This document shows, piece after piece, positions 37,955 through 51,400 of a stretch of DNA of 64,000 bases. The stretch spans positions 161,138,001 to 161,202,000 of the forward strand of contig NC_043000.1 in the NCBI RefSeq assembly GCF_006345805.1, in the 5' to 3' direction. The translations under genes were made by a program, and so were the position numbers. The DNA comes from Octopus sinensis. Its lineage: Eukaryota. The notes beneath the pieces were generated by a model. The model worked only from the letters and a program-made list of their open reading frames with translations. It did no database searches and was not told the DNA's origin. How positions within the stretch are numbered: the stretch's first letter is position 1; every line of letters starts with the position of its first letter.

Positions 37955-37955
<1 letters not shown>
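37248..37955 (-). mobile_element. R4/Dong-type LINE family A 3' end (CCHC and RLE), well preserved
   Basis: ORFs 37757-37939 and 37346-37699 are in frame, split by one TAG (probably from TGG). CRICG...ETINHIISGC...RHD; ANRPDIVV...IDVSIP...EKLSKYKDL...IIVGALG...QKIALLGTAHIL. UTR followed by (AAT)n. Confidence 0.93.
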
Positions 37956-37988
<33 letters not shown>

Positions 37989-38546
37989 GAGTGAGAGAGC
38001 AGTTCATGCCATCAAAGTGACACTGGGGTAAAATATACGAAGCCCAATATACCCATCATGACTACCCGTCTGATAAAGGTACACCAGGCACATGCATCAC
38101 AACCATATGTGCGCGACATGGTGATCTCATATCAAGATAAACAGCACATGACCTTGCAGGTGGAGCCCAGTTAGAATTTTCTTCAGGTTGAGTAGCCCAT
38201 CCTGCTCAAAAGGTCCCTGAATAAGGGTTGCTTTAGGATGTTGAACGAAACAACTATGTTTCCAGAGGTGAATTATTCAAACCCCAAAGAATCCCTCTCA
38301 ACACATGGCTATGATGCTCCCCCACTACTTCTGCTCGTGATCAGAGATGCACATATCGTCAGCCACTAAGGGACATGCTCAACTGGTTAAGGCCAAACAA
38401 CTGACAAGCAAATCTGTGGTATTGAGCAGAATATTTGCTGTAGCCCATCTTTTATACCAAGACAAAACAATGTACATGATAACACTTCCAATCAGTTAAG
38501 ATCAGAAGCCATGAGAGCCACTGCCTGGTACTGCATCAGGGCATTT
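37989..38546 (-). mobile_element. 558-bp non-autonomous element copy d (full length)
   Basis: Near-identical to copy b; (ATT)n on both flanks. Confidence 0.92.
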
Positions 38547-38659
38547 ATTATTATTATTATTATTATCATTATTATTATTATTATTATTATTATTGTTATT
38601 ATTATTATTATTATTATTGTTATTATTATTATCATTATTATTATTATTATTATTATTAT

Positions 38660-38722
<63 letters not shown>

Positions 38723-38735
38723 CTGTAGTAGTTGT

Positions 38736-38900
38736 AAGGCGGCAAGCTGTCAGAATCGCTATTACGCTGGATGAAATGCTTAGCGATATATTCGCCTGCC
38801 GCTCCGTTCTGTGTTCAAATTCCTCTTAGGTTGTCTTTGCTTTTCATCCTTTTGGAGTCGATGAAACACTGGGGTCGATTTGATCGTTAGGTCCCTCTTC
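38736..38900 (+). mobile_element. SINE family 2 (tRNA head plus Meta-domain-like centre)
   Basis: aaggcggcaagctgtcagaatcg...gttcaaattcc (B box)...tttgcttttcatccttttggagtcgat. The Meta-domain label is from recollection of the motif. Confidence 0.75.
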
Positions 38901-38915
38901 AAAACTATTATTATT

Positions 38916-38990
38916 GAGTAGTGCGTGTCATCGAAGTGACACTGGGGTCAAATATATGAAGCTCAGTGTACACACCAAGACTATCCGGCC
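38916..38990 (-). mobile_element. 558-bp element copy e (3' stub)
   Basis: gtgtcatcgaagtgacactggggtcaaatatatgaagctcagt matches the element's 3' end. Confidence 0.8.
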
Positions 38991-39685
38991 TGGACCTATG
39001 GATAACTTCCATAACTTCCAGAAATCCTTTGCCTGGCAGTTCTTACTGAGGGGCTCTGCCTGTTCGGGATAAACTTTACAGGCACAGAAGCGCCGTCAGC
39101 CGAGCCTGCCCGAGTTGCGCCCAGAACGATGAAACCGTTCTTCACGCCCTAGTCCAGTTCGCGAGTATTGCTGACTTGTGGGGTTATGCCGATCACCTGC
39201 TGTTGCGTGTAGGATGGATCCGGCTATCAGCTGAATCCATTGTGATGATTGTCCCGCCGACCTCTTTTAGCCGGGAGGGACAGGCAATTTTTATTTGTCT
39301 AGCAGCTGTAGCGAAAGAGGTAGCATGGTGTATCTGTTTGAAAGAGCTAAAGATAGATACTTTCCTCTTTGGCCAAGTTCACATCAACTTTATCGAAAAG
39401 GAATTTAAGGGTGGAGATGGAATTATTGCCTTGTTGGAAGAATGGCCAATGTGAAAGAAACAATTCTGAGCGTGCAGCTGTAAAAAAAAACAGAAGAGCT
39501 CTTGTGGGTTTTTCTACGAGAACCATAAATCCTCTCCCCCATGGGGAATTTAATTTAATTTTTAATTGTTGTTTATAATGTGTACATGCGAAAACCTATT
39601 GTATCGTCCTGTTTTTGTCTTTTATGTTGTTGTATGGCAATTAATGTTTCGTATGTGAGTCCTCGTTGCTAATAAAAGAATAAAT
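38990..39685 (+). mobile_element. L1/Tx1-clade LINE 3' fragment
   Basis: FAWQFLLRALPVRDKL...CPSCAQNDETVLHALVQ...LWGY (zf-RVT-like), T-rich 3' UTR, AATAAA at ~39671. Confidence 0.7.
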
Positions 39686-40254
39686 TATTATTGTTGTTGC
39701 TTTTGTAATTATGGCTACCTTCTGATGCCACAGTAACAGCGTTGTTACTGGTGTGGGTTTGAGTTGTTTCTGGTGCTGTTGTTAATGTTACTTTTGTGTC
39801 AGGCTAGGCTACATTCTGTAGCCACAGAAAAATATAGTGTTTGCCCGATTTTAGCTGTTGTCGTCCATATTGTTACTTCCTGTGTTGTTGATTTTTATGG
39901 TAATGTTGCAGTTGTTTTTGTCTTTGTCTGAGTTACCGTCCGTAACAGTAATAAGATTTGTTGCACTTAACACTTTTCTGACAAGAACCTGGTATATTTC
40001 AGCTCGGTTTTCGCGATGTTATCCGATCTATTCTTCGTATTTTGTGGAGCTACGATGGTAGGCACCGAGCTTTCAATTCCTGCAATTTTTACTTTAATTT
40101 TACTATACTCGCAATAATAGTTGCCATATTTCTTTCAGCCTCTTTAGCCTGGTTATCACTGATGAAATCAATAACATTTTTTGCTCTACTTCAAAATAGA
40201 ATGAAGCTTCTTACGCCTCTTATGAATTTCAATGAATTTTAGTATTCAGTCGTT

Positions 40255-41350
40255 AGTTGTTTCAAGATATTTTGCCACACCAATTGTTGTGCTTTCGTAA
40301 GACGGTTGAAATTTGATCAAGCCTTGACTTCCTTAGGCTCTGGAAAGATAAAGATGATCCACGTATGCCTTTCGATGGTACATTTTATTACAATTTTTTG
40401 TTATTACAGAGTTTTCTATCAGTTTTGTCTCTTTCACAAATATTCTAGTTCACCACATTCAGGCTATAAGTAACAAATGGAAATACTAAAGAATTTATGG
40501 CTAACACCTTTTAGCTCTGACTTCAGAACTGCTGGAACTCTCCTTCTCAATCTTTCTTTCATGCTTTCATGCTGCATGCTAGAGCCTTCATTGGTACACT
40601 TACCAAGACAAAATTCCACCCGGGTCATCACTGAATTCTTTCACTGTTTGTAACAGACCTGCAAGTTCATCTTTGTCTTTGCCAAATTGTTTTATGTTAT
40701 TCATATGAAATAGATGACTTATTTTCATGTTGTAAATTTTAAAACCATGCCTTGTTCTGTTGAGTTCACTTGTCAGGAGTTTTAATGCTATGCAAAAAAT
40801 CAGAGGTGATAGTGAGTCAACTTGGAAAGTGACTTTGTTTATGCTAATATCGCTTGTATCCATTAAAATGGTATAATTGGAGACTCGTTTTCCACAATGA
40901 CATATCCTTCAGAAAGTTTTAAATTACAGTAGAAATTTTGAAGACGTCTAGTAGTTTCCGGATCCATGAATGCAAATGTGCGATTTCTGCGCAAGTGTTG
41001 GATGAACATGTTATGGGCCTATAGCATTTTGGAACGCTAGTTTCAGTGTTCTTTAGGTGTAGGTAAAAAGGAACACTTGTTAATAAATCAGGCGTATTCT
41101 CAGGATCACTTGTAATTTCACTGAACATGTCAGGCTAACTTTTCTTGTGCTCTCGGGGTCGATAGATTCAGACATTTTTATCGGGGGCTTTCCACATATG
41201 AGCCATCGTGAAGGTCATCCTTAGGTCTGCTATTGAAATTTCTTTCCAACCTTGTTCTTGTAAAACTTGGTGGGATTCTTGTGTGAATCTAATCCAATCT
41301 GCATTTTCATTGTATGTCTTCTGGTCACTCGAAATCCAATCCCCAAATGA
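40255..41350 (-). mobile_element. R4/Dong-type RT-domain remnant
   Basis: YRPITC; FQVDSLSPLIFCIAL...ISHLFHMNNIKQF (degenerate QGDSLSP / HLLYMDDLKL). Confidence 0.85.
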
Positions 41351-41439
41351 TTATTATAATTGTTATTATTATTACACTAGTTAGTGATTACTAACTTAAT
41401 TACCGGGCATTTTTCTCTTGAGGTTTTGGTGACAGCATA

Positions 41440-41440
41440 A

Positions 41441-41472
<32 letters not shown>

Positions 41473-41510
41473 TATTATATTATTATTATATTATTATATT
41501 ATTATTATTA

Positions 41511-41541
<31 letters not shown>

Positions 41542-41567
41542 ATTTAATATTATTATTGTTATTATTA

Positions 41568-41600
<33 letters not shown>

Positions 41601-41634
41601 TACTACTCCTACTACAACAACAACAACAACAGCA

Positions 41635-41665
<31 letters not shown>

Positions 41666-41697
41666 TCATTATTATTATTATTATTGTTATTATTATT
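41440..41697. repeat. Compound (ATT)n/(ACA)n/(ACT)n microsatellite
   Basis: Directly visible. Confidence 0.95.
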
Positions 41698-42680
41698 TAA
41701 GTCAGTGAGACGGCAGAATCGTTAACACATCGGGTGAAATGCTTTGCGGGGTTTCCTCCTGCTTCACTTCATGAGTTCCAGTTCCATCGAGGACGACTTT
41801 GCCATTTATCCTTTCGGAGTTGATAAAATAATTACCAGTTGAACATTGGGGCCGAAGTAATCGACTTACCTCCTACAACGAAATTACTGACCCCGTGCCA
41901 AAATTTGAAGCCATTATTATGAAAATTATCATAATTATTACTTTTAAAGCGGTGCTCTTGCAGAAATGTTAGGACGCCAGGACAAATAGTCGGCAGCTTT
42001 CCTCCGTCTGTATACTCAGTGTTCAAAGTCAACCGAGATCGGTTTTTCCTTTCATTCTTTCAGGGTTAATAAAATAAGGACTAGCTGAACGCGGGATCGG
42101 TGTAATTGACTAGCCCCGCCTCAACTCATCCTCATTCCCCACCAAAAATGTATACCTTGTCCCTATTGTAGCAAGTATTATTATTAGTAATAGTAGTTGT
42201 AGCATTAGTAGCATCAGTAGTACTGGTGACAGTGAGCTTACAAAGTTATTAGAGTTGTAGGAAAATGCTTGAGGTAGTTGTTCCGTGGAACTAAGGAAAT
42301 CGTTAGCGCGTCGGATAAAATTCTAACCAGCATTTTTTTCTGCTCATTATTTTGGGATTTCAAATACATTAAGTTCAACATGCTTTCATCCTTTTGGCAT
42401 CATTAAAATAAGTTCTCATTGAACTTTATTGTCTATGTAACGCACTTAATCCCTCCACTGGCCTTGAGCTAGGTGGTGAGAATCGTTAGCATGCCGGGCA
42501 AAATGCTTTGCAGCTCTTCGTCCGTCATTACGTTCTGAATTCAAATTCTCATGAGTTCGACTTTGCCTTTCAACATTTCGGGATCGATAAAATAAGTACC
42601 AGTCGAGCACTGAGATGGATTTAATCGACTTTCTCCCTTACAAGAAACCGCTGTACATGTGCCAAAATTTGAAACCACCA
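41698..42680 (+). mobile_element. Head-to-tail cluster of about 4-5 SINE family 2 copies
   Basis: Recurring gaatcgttagc / gttcaaattc / gactttgccttt-catcctttcgg-gataaaataagtacc at about 41700, 41950, 42230-42300 and 42470. Confidence 0.75.
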
Positions 42681-42707
42681 CCATTACTACTACTACTACT
42701 ACTACTA

Positions 42708-42746
<39 letters not shown>

Positions 42747-42808
42747 ACCACCACCACCACCACACCACCACCACCACCACCACCACCACCACCGCCACCA
42801 CTACCACC

Positions 42809-42840
<32 letters not shown>

Positions 42841-42910
42841 CACCACCACTACCACCACTACTACCACTACTACCACCACCACCACTACTATTACTACTAC
42901 TACTACACCG
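42673..42910. repeat. (CTA)n/(CCA)n compound microsatellite
   Basis: Directly visible. Confidence 0.95.
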
Positions 42911-43859
42911 TCACATAATTTTCAACACATAGTCATCAGTATCCCCATAAACCCAATTTATCTTTGCCACCATCGTCATTTTCATGTTCATCATTAACAT
43001 TATGTTCATCTTCGCCGTCATTAATATCTTCATAGCCATCAGCATTGTCACTTTTGTTATAACGATCACCATCTCCGTCCACATCTTTGTATCGAACCTA
43101 CCATCATCCTAATCCTTATCACAGTAATTATTATAACGAGTGTGCGAATACTTGTGTCGGTTGATGTTCTTGTGTACGTACGTCAATGTTCTTGTGTACG
43201 TACGTCAATGAAGAAAGACATAGGCTGAGAGGAAAAGAGAGTGGAAGAAAGAAAGAAAGAGACTGATTAGTTGTGATGGGAGAGACAGAGATACAATCAT
43301 AGATACCGAACCTTAATAAAAGTCGTATTAATAAACAAGGGAGATAATTATCAATATCATAAAACAAGTCGTCACCGTAATTACCAACATTCTACGACGA
43401 CGACGACCATCACCACCACCATAATCGTCGGCGGTGGCGTCTCCTCGTCGTCGACATCATCATCATCATCAGCATCACCATCATCATCATCATTAAAAAG
43501 TATAAACATGATTGACATCGTTTATATTATCTTTACATCAACACCATCCTTATGATTAGCACCATCAACATTATCCTTACTAACATCAAAATCAAATCAT
43601 CATCATCATCATCCATCATCGATATCGTCGTCGTCGTTATTATCATCATCAGCAGCATCATCATCGTCAGCATCAACAAAAACGACAAATGTTCACTGTC
43701 ATTACCGTCAATTACATCAGTCGACGTCCTCGCCACCATCCTTGTGGCAATTATTTATTATTCGTTGCAGCAACAGAAGAATGACATTTTAGTTTTATTC
43801 TTATAACTTTACCAAATCTAACTTTGGTTTTATTTCTGCAGTAAAATCCTTTCTCCAAC

Positions 43860-44280
43860 GATATCTGCACTTGTATAATCTATATTTTTCCTACCGAGTC
43901 AGCATGGGTGTTTGTGCGCTGTTTTTCTAAGAAATACCCAAAGTCCATTACCCTCCACTCAGACAACTCATGCCCATAATTCTCTACGGTATAAAGTCAT
44001 AATACAGGTCGACTTCATATATTTGTTGATCTCCTAGAAGTGACATTAAATTTCGACAGAGTAACGCACAAAGTTTTCGCGAAACGATATGTGAGGGTGG
44101 TACATAATGAAACAGATCTCTACCATCCAACCATAGTTTGCAAGTACCTGGTGAGGGTGTTTAGTCGAACGCTCTCCAGCCTCACCTTTCTTCAAAACAG
44201 TACATCATTGGCCAGACAGTCCTGTTCTACAACTTTACCCGGGCAGTTAATGGTTTCAAAGTTACTAGTGGTTAAATACT
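43860..44280 (+). mobile_element. Old APE-type LINE RT remnant
   Basis: VDFIY...NFDRVTHKVF resembles the D..KAFDRV.H RT motif. Confidence 0.4.
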
Positions 44281-44329
44281 CAACTCTAGCACTGGTAACA
44301 AAACCCACTATCGTATTACCAAATAAGTT

Positions 44330-44900
44330 ACGCTTCATTTTCTCTTAATTTTAAAATTTGTGTAGATAGAATCTTCCTTAATTTAGTGGATAAGCATCTT
44401 CCACGGACACAAAGTTACAGAAAATCTATAACAGGAATATTTTGAGGTTCTCTTAGCACTTATATATTTTGAGGTTCTCTGCGCACTTAGCATGAAAAAT
44501 ATTAGTAAACAAGCACATAACTAGAACAGAAGCATGCTTGCCATGCAAAACTAACGCCATGTGCGCACTAAATAGTGAATACAGTAATCAAAAGCCATGT
44601 ATGAGTCGGAGGTAGTCTCGAAGAATGTCATTAGAGAAACAAATATACTTGAAATACGTAAGAAAGACACAAAGCTTCGTAAAAACCCAGGATTAAGAAG
44701 AAGGATGACGGAACGTCACAAATTTTGGCGAAACATAAAAATTGCAAGAAAACACCGTGATATAAACTGGAGGCCACGAGAAAAGTGTAGCCCTTAAAAG
44801 TAGTAGAAGGCGAAACCTCTGTAAACCGGAGAAAAGCATCATATTGAATAACTCTATCCCACCGACCAGAACTGGTATGCATTAGCCAAATGAAATAAAT
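44330..44900 (+). mobile_element. Penelope-like element remnant (linker and GIY-YIG)
   Basis: FLNLVDKHLP...KIYNRNILRFS; KFWRNIK...INWRPREKC...NLCKPEK. Confidence 0.6.
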
Positions 44901-47802
44901 GGCTGTTCTATAAGTATAAGCGTCGGATCTTTCCACAACGATGCTTCCCTTACCACAAGTGAGGAGTTAATATTTCGTCCACTCTTAGCTTTCATATATA
45001 CGGACCTATACACATACATGCATATGGATGATTACACATGTTTAAAATTCACCTTTTCATCATCATCATTCCCATTCCTCTCCCCCATTTCTATCCTACC
45101 CTTTGACACCTTATCATCCTTAACCCCCGCACCACCGTAGAATCAAATATAATGTAAAACTCCAGTTTTTAACACCAAAATTTGGTATGCAGATCACTGA
45201 CTAAAAGGAACCAATCCGATAGGCATGACTTCGATAGCTGAATAAACAAGTCGTGTTTTTTCGGATTCGGTGGTGTATGCTTTTACCCTTGGATTTCGTT
45301 CTGACCCTTTTCAACATCTCTACGACCCATAAATCGGATGCAAGACCTGAGCCATAATTTTCCACGCAGCCATATCTGATGATTACTGAATTTTGACTCA
45401 CCATGTTCGGCATGAAACCATTTGGTAATAAACTGATTGTCATGAGACCATAAAGTTATTTAATATTATTTATACCACTTATACAAATAATATATAAATA
45501 TATACTACTAGCAATAAAGTAAATATAAATAGATATATACATATATCATACAGGTATATTCTGGTCAGGTATATTCTGAGGAGAGTACTGTTTTGTTTCC
45601 TCACACTGTAGTCTGCTTTTGATAGTACACTTTCCTATATTCACATTTTACAGCATTCAACATACTGTTGGGAAGGCGCAATAGAGTAAGTAAAATTAAT
45701 AATCTATGAATGATTCTAAAAGCCTTATCGAAAGCCCTAGCGCTCAAGAATGATTTCATGCATATGGATTATATGGATAATTCATTAAGGATATTCTGAA
45801 TCTCATTGGATTCAAGCTGAATTATACAACCTGATATGTCTAAACATTAGCTGGATTTCGAAAGGGAACTTAGGTAATTATATTGGATTTTAACTGAAGG
45901 GTTGATAATATTGCGTGAGCTATTAAATTACGAGTTTTATACTGATCCTTCCTTGAAACAAACCAGCAGTAGAGGCAGAGAATAAATTTTAGAATCTCAG
46001 ATGATCTCGATTTAATGTGAAAGATACAAAATAACTCTGTTAAGATACCCTAGTGTTTATTGGACAACATCAAATCATAGGCACCATAAAAAAATGTATA
46101 TTTCTTTAAGCATACAAGCATCCTAAGAAGATGCAAATGGAATTAAATTAAATACTTAGACACATTGGCTTGTTAATTTAGTTGGACTATAATTTCGAAA
46201 GATTTTATAATTCAAAATGTTCTATTTTGATGTAATCTCTTAAGCAAGACATTGTATTCTACTTATTTAAATCCTTGCAATTTCTAGAAGACTTTCAAGC
46301 ATCATGTTTGGTACTTGTTATTCAGATAAAGGATGAAACTATGGAGGTATTTTTGTGCGCATGCTCAACTAAATTAGGAGAGATCTTTAGTGATTTTGTT
46401 TTTGCGGCTGTTATATTTATTGTAAATGCATTATATTATATAATCTGAGTTATATGGTTTATTTTCAAAGCTAAAAACTATATCAGTACCCATTACCAAT
46501 TTGCTTTGTACAAGACTTAAGTTCAATACGAAAAGAGAGTTATTCAGGATACAATTTTCCATAAATCACTATCAAATTTAACTTCAAAACACAGATGTTT
46601 CTAATCAATAAATATTATTCAATTCATGGTACATTTTAAAGTTACACTTTTGTTTTTGTTTAATCTCTTCGATAAATAGAATATTGCATTCTGTTCTTGA
46701 GCATACTGACTGTTACTTAAATACCCCATTGAAACCAACAATACGCTTGCATTGGATTAAGTGCCGTTCCTTTATTTACAACTACAGGTGTTGTTGGATA
46801 TGGACCCTCATAGGACAAAAATCCTAATAATCCTTATTATGAGGTATTGCTTCTCACATTTAGATATCTCTTACTTCGTGTCTTTTCTTATTTAGCAATA
46901 GCTAAATCCTGTACTAATGTTCGTCTTCTTAAAGGGAGAATGTGTCCTCTAATTACTTTCATTTTCAGAAACTTACGTAAGATCTATTACACTGCGTCAT
47001 TATTTCATAATAACATTAAATAAAATTAGAAATTAAGCGGCGAAATCAAGATGCTACTCAAATCTGAAGTCCGTTAACTTTCTCTCTGATAATTTTTATC
47101 TTCGACGAAGGCACCTTTTTAAGAATATATAGTTTTACATCTTTTATGTCAATTATACCTCGTAGCAATAATAAAGTATTAAAAACAGGAAAAGAAAACA
47201 AATACAAAATTTGATAGCAAACTCTATGTCTGTCTGTCTGTCGGCATCTCTCATTTCCTCTCTCTCCCCCTCTAATACAAACACACACACATATATATAT
47301 ACCTACGTATAGAAATATATCCGTGTATATATACATACATACACACATATACTTACGCACACGAGCACAGTTTAAAATCCAATGAAATGTAACATCTTAA
47401 GAAATTTAGATTTTTTTCTCCAAAATAAATACGATATTACAAACACTTCTGAGCCGAAAGGAAAATGATGCTATTTTACAAACTTTTGATCTTGTTCAAA
47501 AAGCCAGCGAGTAATTTCTGTCACAGCAGACAACCATCGAGAAATTGTCTGATTTGATCATGCGTTGCCCTCCAGCCAATTCTACCATTTCATAACATCC
47601 CAGCTGTAGTTCTCTTGTTGTACTATATGTATACATTTCCCCTGCCGCTTCATCCCTGCAAATCTGAAACCACTTCTTGAGTTGAGGTTGGAATAACGTT
47701 AACTATTTAATGAGAAGAGAGAGATGGGGGAAGGCGTGTATAGTGCATACATGTGTTTTCGTATACTATGGTATGTCTGTGCTTGAGCAGTTTGAATGTT
47801 TC

Positions 47803-47840
<38 letters not shown>

Positions 47841-50792
47841 TATATATTTATGTACCTAATGTGTATATATATACACACACACAGGGTATGGGTGTGTGTG
47901 TGTGTGTGTGTGTGTGTGTCGCATAAGTAGACATGTGTTGCTTTTTAAAAAAATTTACTAATACGAATTTGTACATTCTTGAAGTATAGGAGCACACACT
48001 GTTATTCAACTTACTTAATTTATTCAACTTCTAAAAGAAGTACTGATTTTTTTTCCTTGTTTGGCTAAAGTAAAATTACAGAGGAATTTTTTTCAAAGTA
48101 TGTTCAACATTTTAAACTTTGCCTTGCATTTCTTTATTATATTAAAAGTTTTCTGTGATTTGCATGGAGTTGATTCTACAGTTTGTTATTAGAAGCATGG
48201 AACCTTTAGTATTTGGAAGTGCTGAACTACTCTTGTTTGGTTTTACTTGAAATATTCTCTCATACTTTTCTGATGTGATAAGTAAAAAAGTGTTTAGCAA
48301 ATAGTCGAATGAAATGGAGAGGATAAGCTAAAATACTTTATGTTCATAGTGTTCCTAGTGAATACAAAATAAGCGCTTCATTGTTAACAGAAATTTCATT
48401 GATGAGCCTCCATTCTTGATTTTTTTTCCAAATATACTACGTCAAGACTATAACAATACTATGTAGTGCGTCCTTTATTTAATTTGCTTTTTACACTATT
48501 GATTTTTCCTAGTGAAATCGTGCCGTTATTTCCTGCATGTTCAGTAGCCTCGTTGAGCATCTGTTATACTTTATACTAAATCATTTACGTAATTATTTCA
48601 GTTCAAATAAATCCTTATTGAGCAAACCTATGAGGAAGTTTTTCCAGTCACAACATTACGGAGTGCTTTCCTTCGGGCTATGAAGTGGAGATTAGTTTGC
48701 TGTTGTTCATTGCAGTTCCAGAAACCTCGTAGCCGCACTTAATGGCAGGCAAAATATTATGATGGCTACGTAGATTTCGATCTCTGATAAAAAGCTGAAG
48801 ACGTAGAACATTTAATAATTAACAGATTATTCAATGCAAAACGACTTTTTGTTTTATTTTGCATTATCCGTTAGAAAGAGAAGGAAAGTAAGTGAGAAAT
48901 TGAGAGACCGACTGACAAAAACCGATAGATTAGAGGGGAGAGAGAGAGAGAGAAAGAGAATTATAGAAAGGAATATGTGTCTAAATGTGTTGTGTGGTAA
49001 TTTATTTTGGCGACTCCTCGATGATGCAAATCAGAGTTAATCTCAGTGCTACATGGAATCATAATGTAAAGGAACAGGAATTGTAATGTAGAAAATCAAA
49101 ATATCTGACTCTAACAATTCTACCAATCTACCTTCCTAAACGTTTCAATGTAACTCAACATTTACAATTTCATTCAAAGAATCAATTTCTAGAGGCAAAC
49201 TGTCCAATACATTATCAATTCGTCATTGAAGCTGTTTATCGAATGTTTGCGAGAACACACTGTATCGTACGAATAATTTTTCAGATGAAAGAACGAAACC
49301 TAAATCCTCTTCGTTTTCGCTGGAAGCAATAGTTATTCTGTTAGAATATTGACCCGATGCTTCAAAGTTGAAAAGTAAATTCTTAGTAAACAATTTAACC
49401 TTAAACTTCAAGAACCTTCTCCAGCATATTTATCACTTTCTTTTTGTTTTATTTTATCTTTTGCATTGTTTTTTATTTATTCTATTCAATTTCACTTATT
49501 TTTTGACCAAGCATAAGATTAAATTTATGAATAAATACGAAAATACGAAAAAAAAACCCCCAAAAATTAATAGAATATGAAAGGTAAAAATTCTAATGCG
49601 TGATTTTTTAAAAATTATATTTTTCTAGTTTGCGTTTTGTATTTCTATCTGAATATTTTGAATTTTGAATTTGTCATTTTTTCAAGCAAAAAAGTAATAA
49701 ATAAAAAAGGATAAAATAAAGATTCTCAAGAAAGGCAAAATTTCTAAATCGTGAAAACATTTTTGCGTTTTTTTGCTTTTGTTATTTTCATCTGGCTATG
49801 TTAAAATTTGTATTTTGTTATTTTTCATTCAGATTTTTGCAATATTTTTAGATATATAAAGAATTATTTCCCAAAGATATGAATTTTTAATGACTATACT
49901 ATTGTATTTATTGATTCAATGTTGTTCTTGCGCTGTTTTGTTCTTTTGATTTTATTTATTTCTATTGACGTGGACAATGCAACCATGGCGATTATTTGTT
50001 TGTCTCAGACGAAATTTACGAAGTATACATCAGCTGTAAGGATTGTGGTTGCAGTTTAGATATTATATATTTCAGAGATAGTCTACTAAGTATACCATCG
50101 TTTAAAACATAATGATTCCTTCAACATTAGAATGGTGATGTTGATGATAAGGATGTTGAGGAAGAGCATGATGAGGTGGGAGTAAATTATGAGAACAGAG
50201 AAAGATATCAAAGATGAGGATGAAGCGGAATAAATTGCAGAGTGGGAGTATTAAGATATTAAAATAAACATGAAAGAGTAATATATAAGAGTCAGATATT
50301 GGTGGTAAAAAATTGCTTTGAGAATACTGCAATTCATCATCTTGAATCAATGTCCTCCTCCTCTTCTTCATCATCATCTTAATCATCATCATCATCATCG
50401 TCGTCGTCGTCGTCGTCATCAACATCACCACCCTCATCGCCATAACCATCAACATCAATATCGTTATCGCCATAATTGTTTTTAATTTACGTAGAAGACA
50501 AGAGATTTTTGAAGGAATGGAAAGTCGACTATATAGATCCCAGCATTTGGTTGGTATTATATTCTATAGACCCATCAAGAATGAGAAACAAAGCTGACCT
50601 CAGGGGTTTTGGACACGTAACATAATGATCCTGAAGAAATTCTGCTTGGTTTGTTTCCAGGTGCTCGAAAGATTGTTCAATTCCACTGCTTAATCATGAT
50701 AATAATTATAATCATTGTCACTACCCACGTTATCCCCATTCTCACTATTACATTCATCATCGTGTATGTATATATGTATGCATGTATGTATG

Positions 50793-50828
<36 letters not shown>

Positions 50829-51119
50829 TGTATGTATGTATGATGTATGTATGTATGTATGTATGTATACACATATATACACGGAGACAAACAGAGACAG
50901 ACAAACAGAGAGAGAAAAAAGGAGAAAAAGCAAGAAGGTGAGAGTTATGGAATAAGAAATAGACAATAAATATGTAGATATATATACGCGAGATAATCAC
51001 ACGAGAAAATTATTCAGTCCTTGTAAAAGTGTTTGTTTATCCCAATTCAATTAATTGCTCCGTTATTAATATTATTTCCGAGTTTGTATACAATCAGTCA
51101 AGCTCTGTTCAGGTAAACG

Positions 51120-51400
51120 AAGAAGATCGTTAGTGAACAGAATTGATACTGGTCCCAGGGATTCATCCTTTGGTGTCGCGTGCTGTTCCTCAGGACCTTC
51201 TTTTAGCATTAACATATCTTTTATGTCAGACGAACACTACCAATCAATTCCCTCCAGAATTCCCTTTATAGCATTAATCTTGGTAGGTTACACTTCAGTA
51301 GACCAGTCTTCAAACAGTTGGTTAATAAATGCCCAGTCAGGACGACTTCTAGATTGCATTATGTGTGCCGGTTCCTCAACAGTATTTGACTCACTACCTC
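51120..51400 (-). mobile_element. Very old LINE RT remnant
   Basis: TPKDESLGPVSILFTNDL is a degenerate GVPQGSVLGP..F..ND motif. Confidence 0.3.

Noticed and set aside
38041-38100. ctgataag/ctgatgag in the element as a hammerhead core
   Set aside because: No correctly placed GAAA box or stem III on either strand.
37989-38546. 558-bp element as telomerase RNA, 7SK, SRP, RNase P/MRP or snRNA
   Set aside because: No CTAACCCTAA-type template and none of the diagnostic motifs I know for these RNAs. A remote relationship cannot be excluded without an Rfam search.
34995-38990. Recurring repeats separated by other sequence, as a CRISPR-like array
   Set aside because: The units are hundreds of bp, irregular and truncated; the DNA is eukaryotic and no cas genes are present.
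43164-43210. 22-bp direct duplication (and a ~28-bp one at 44437-44490)
   Set aside because: Ordinary slippage duplications with no further structure.
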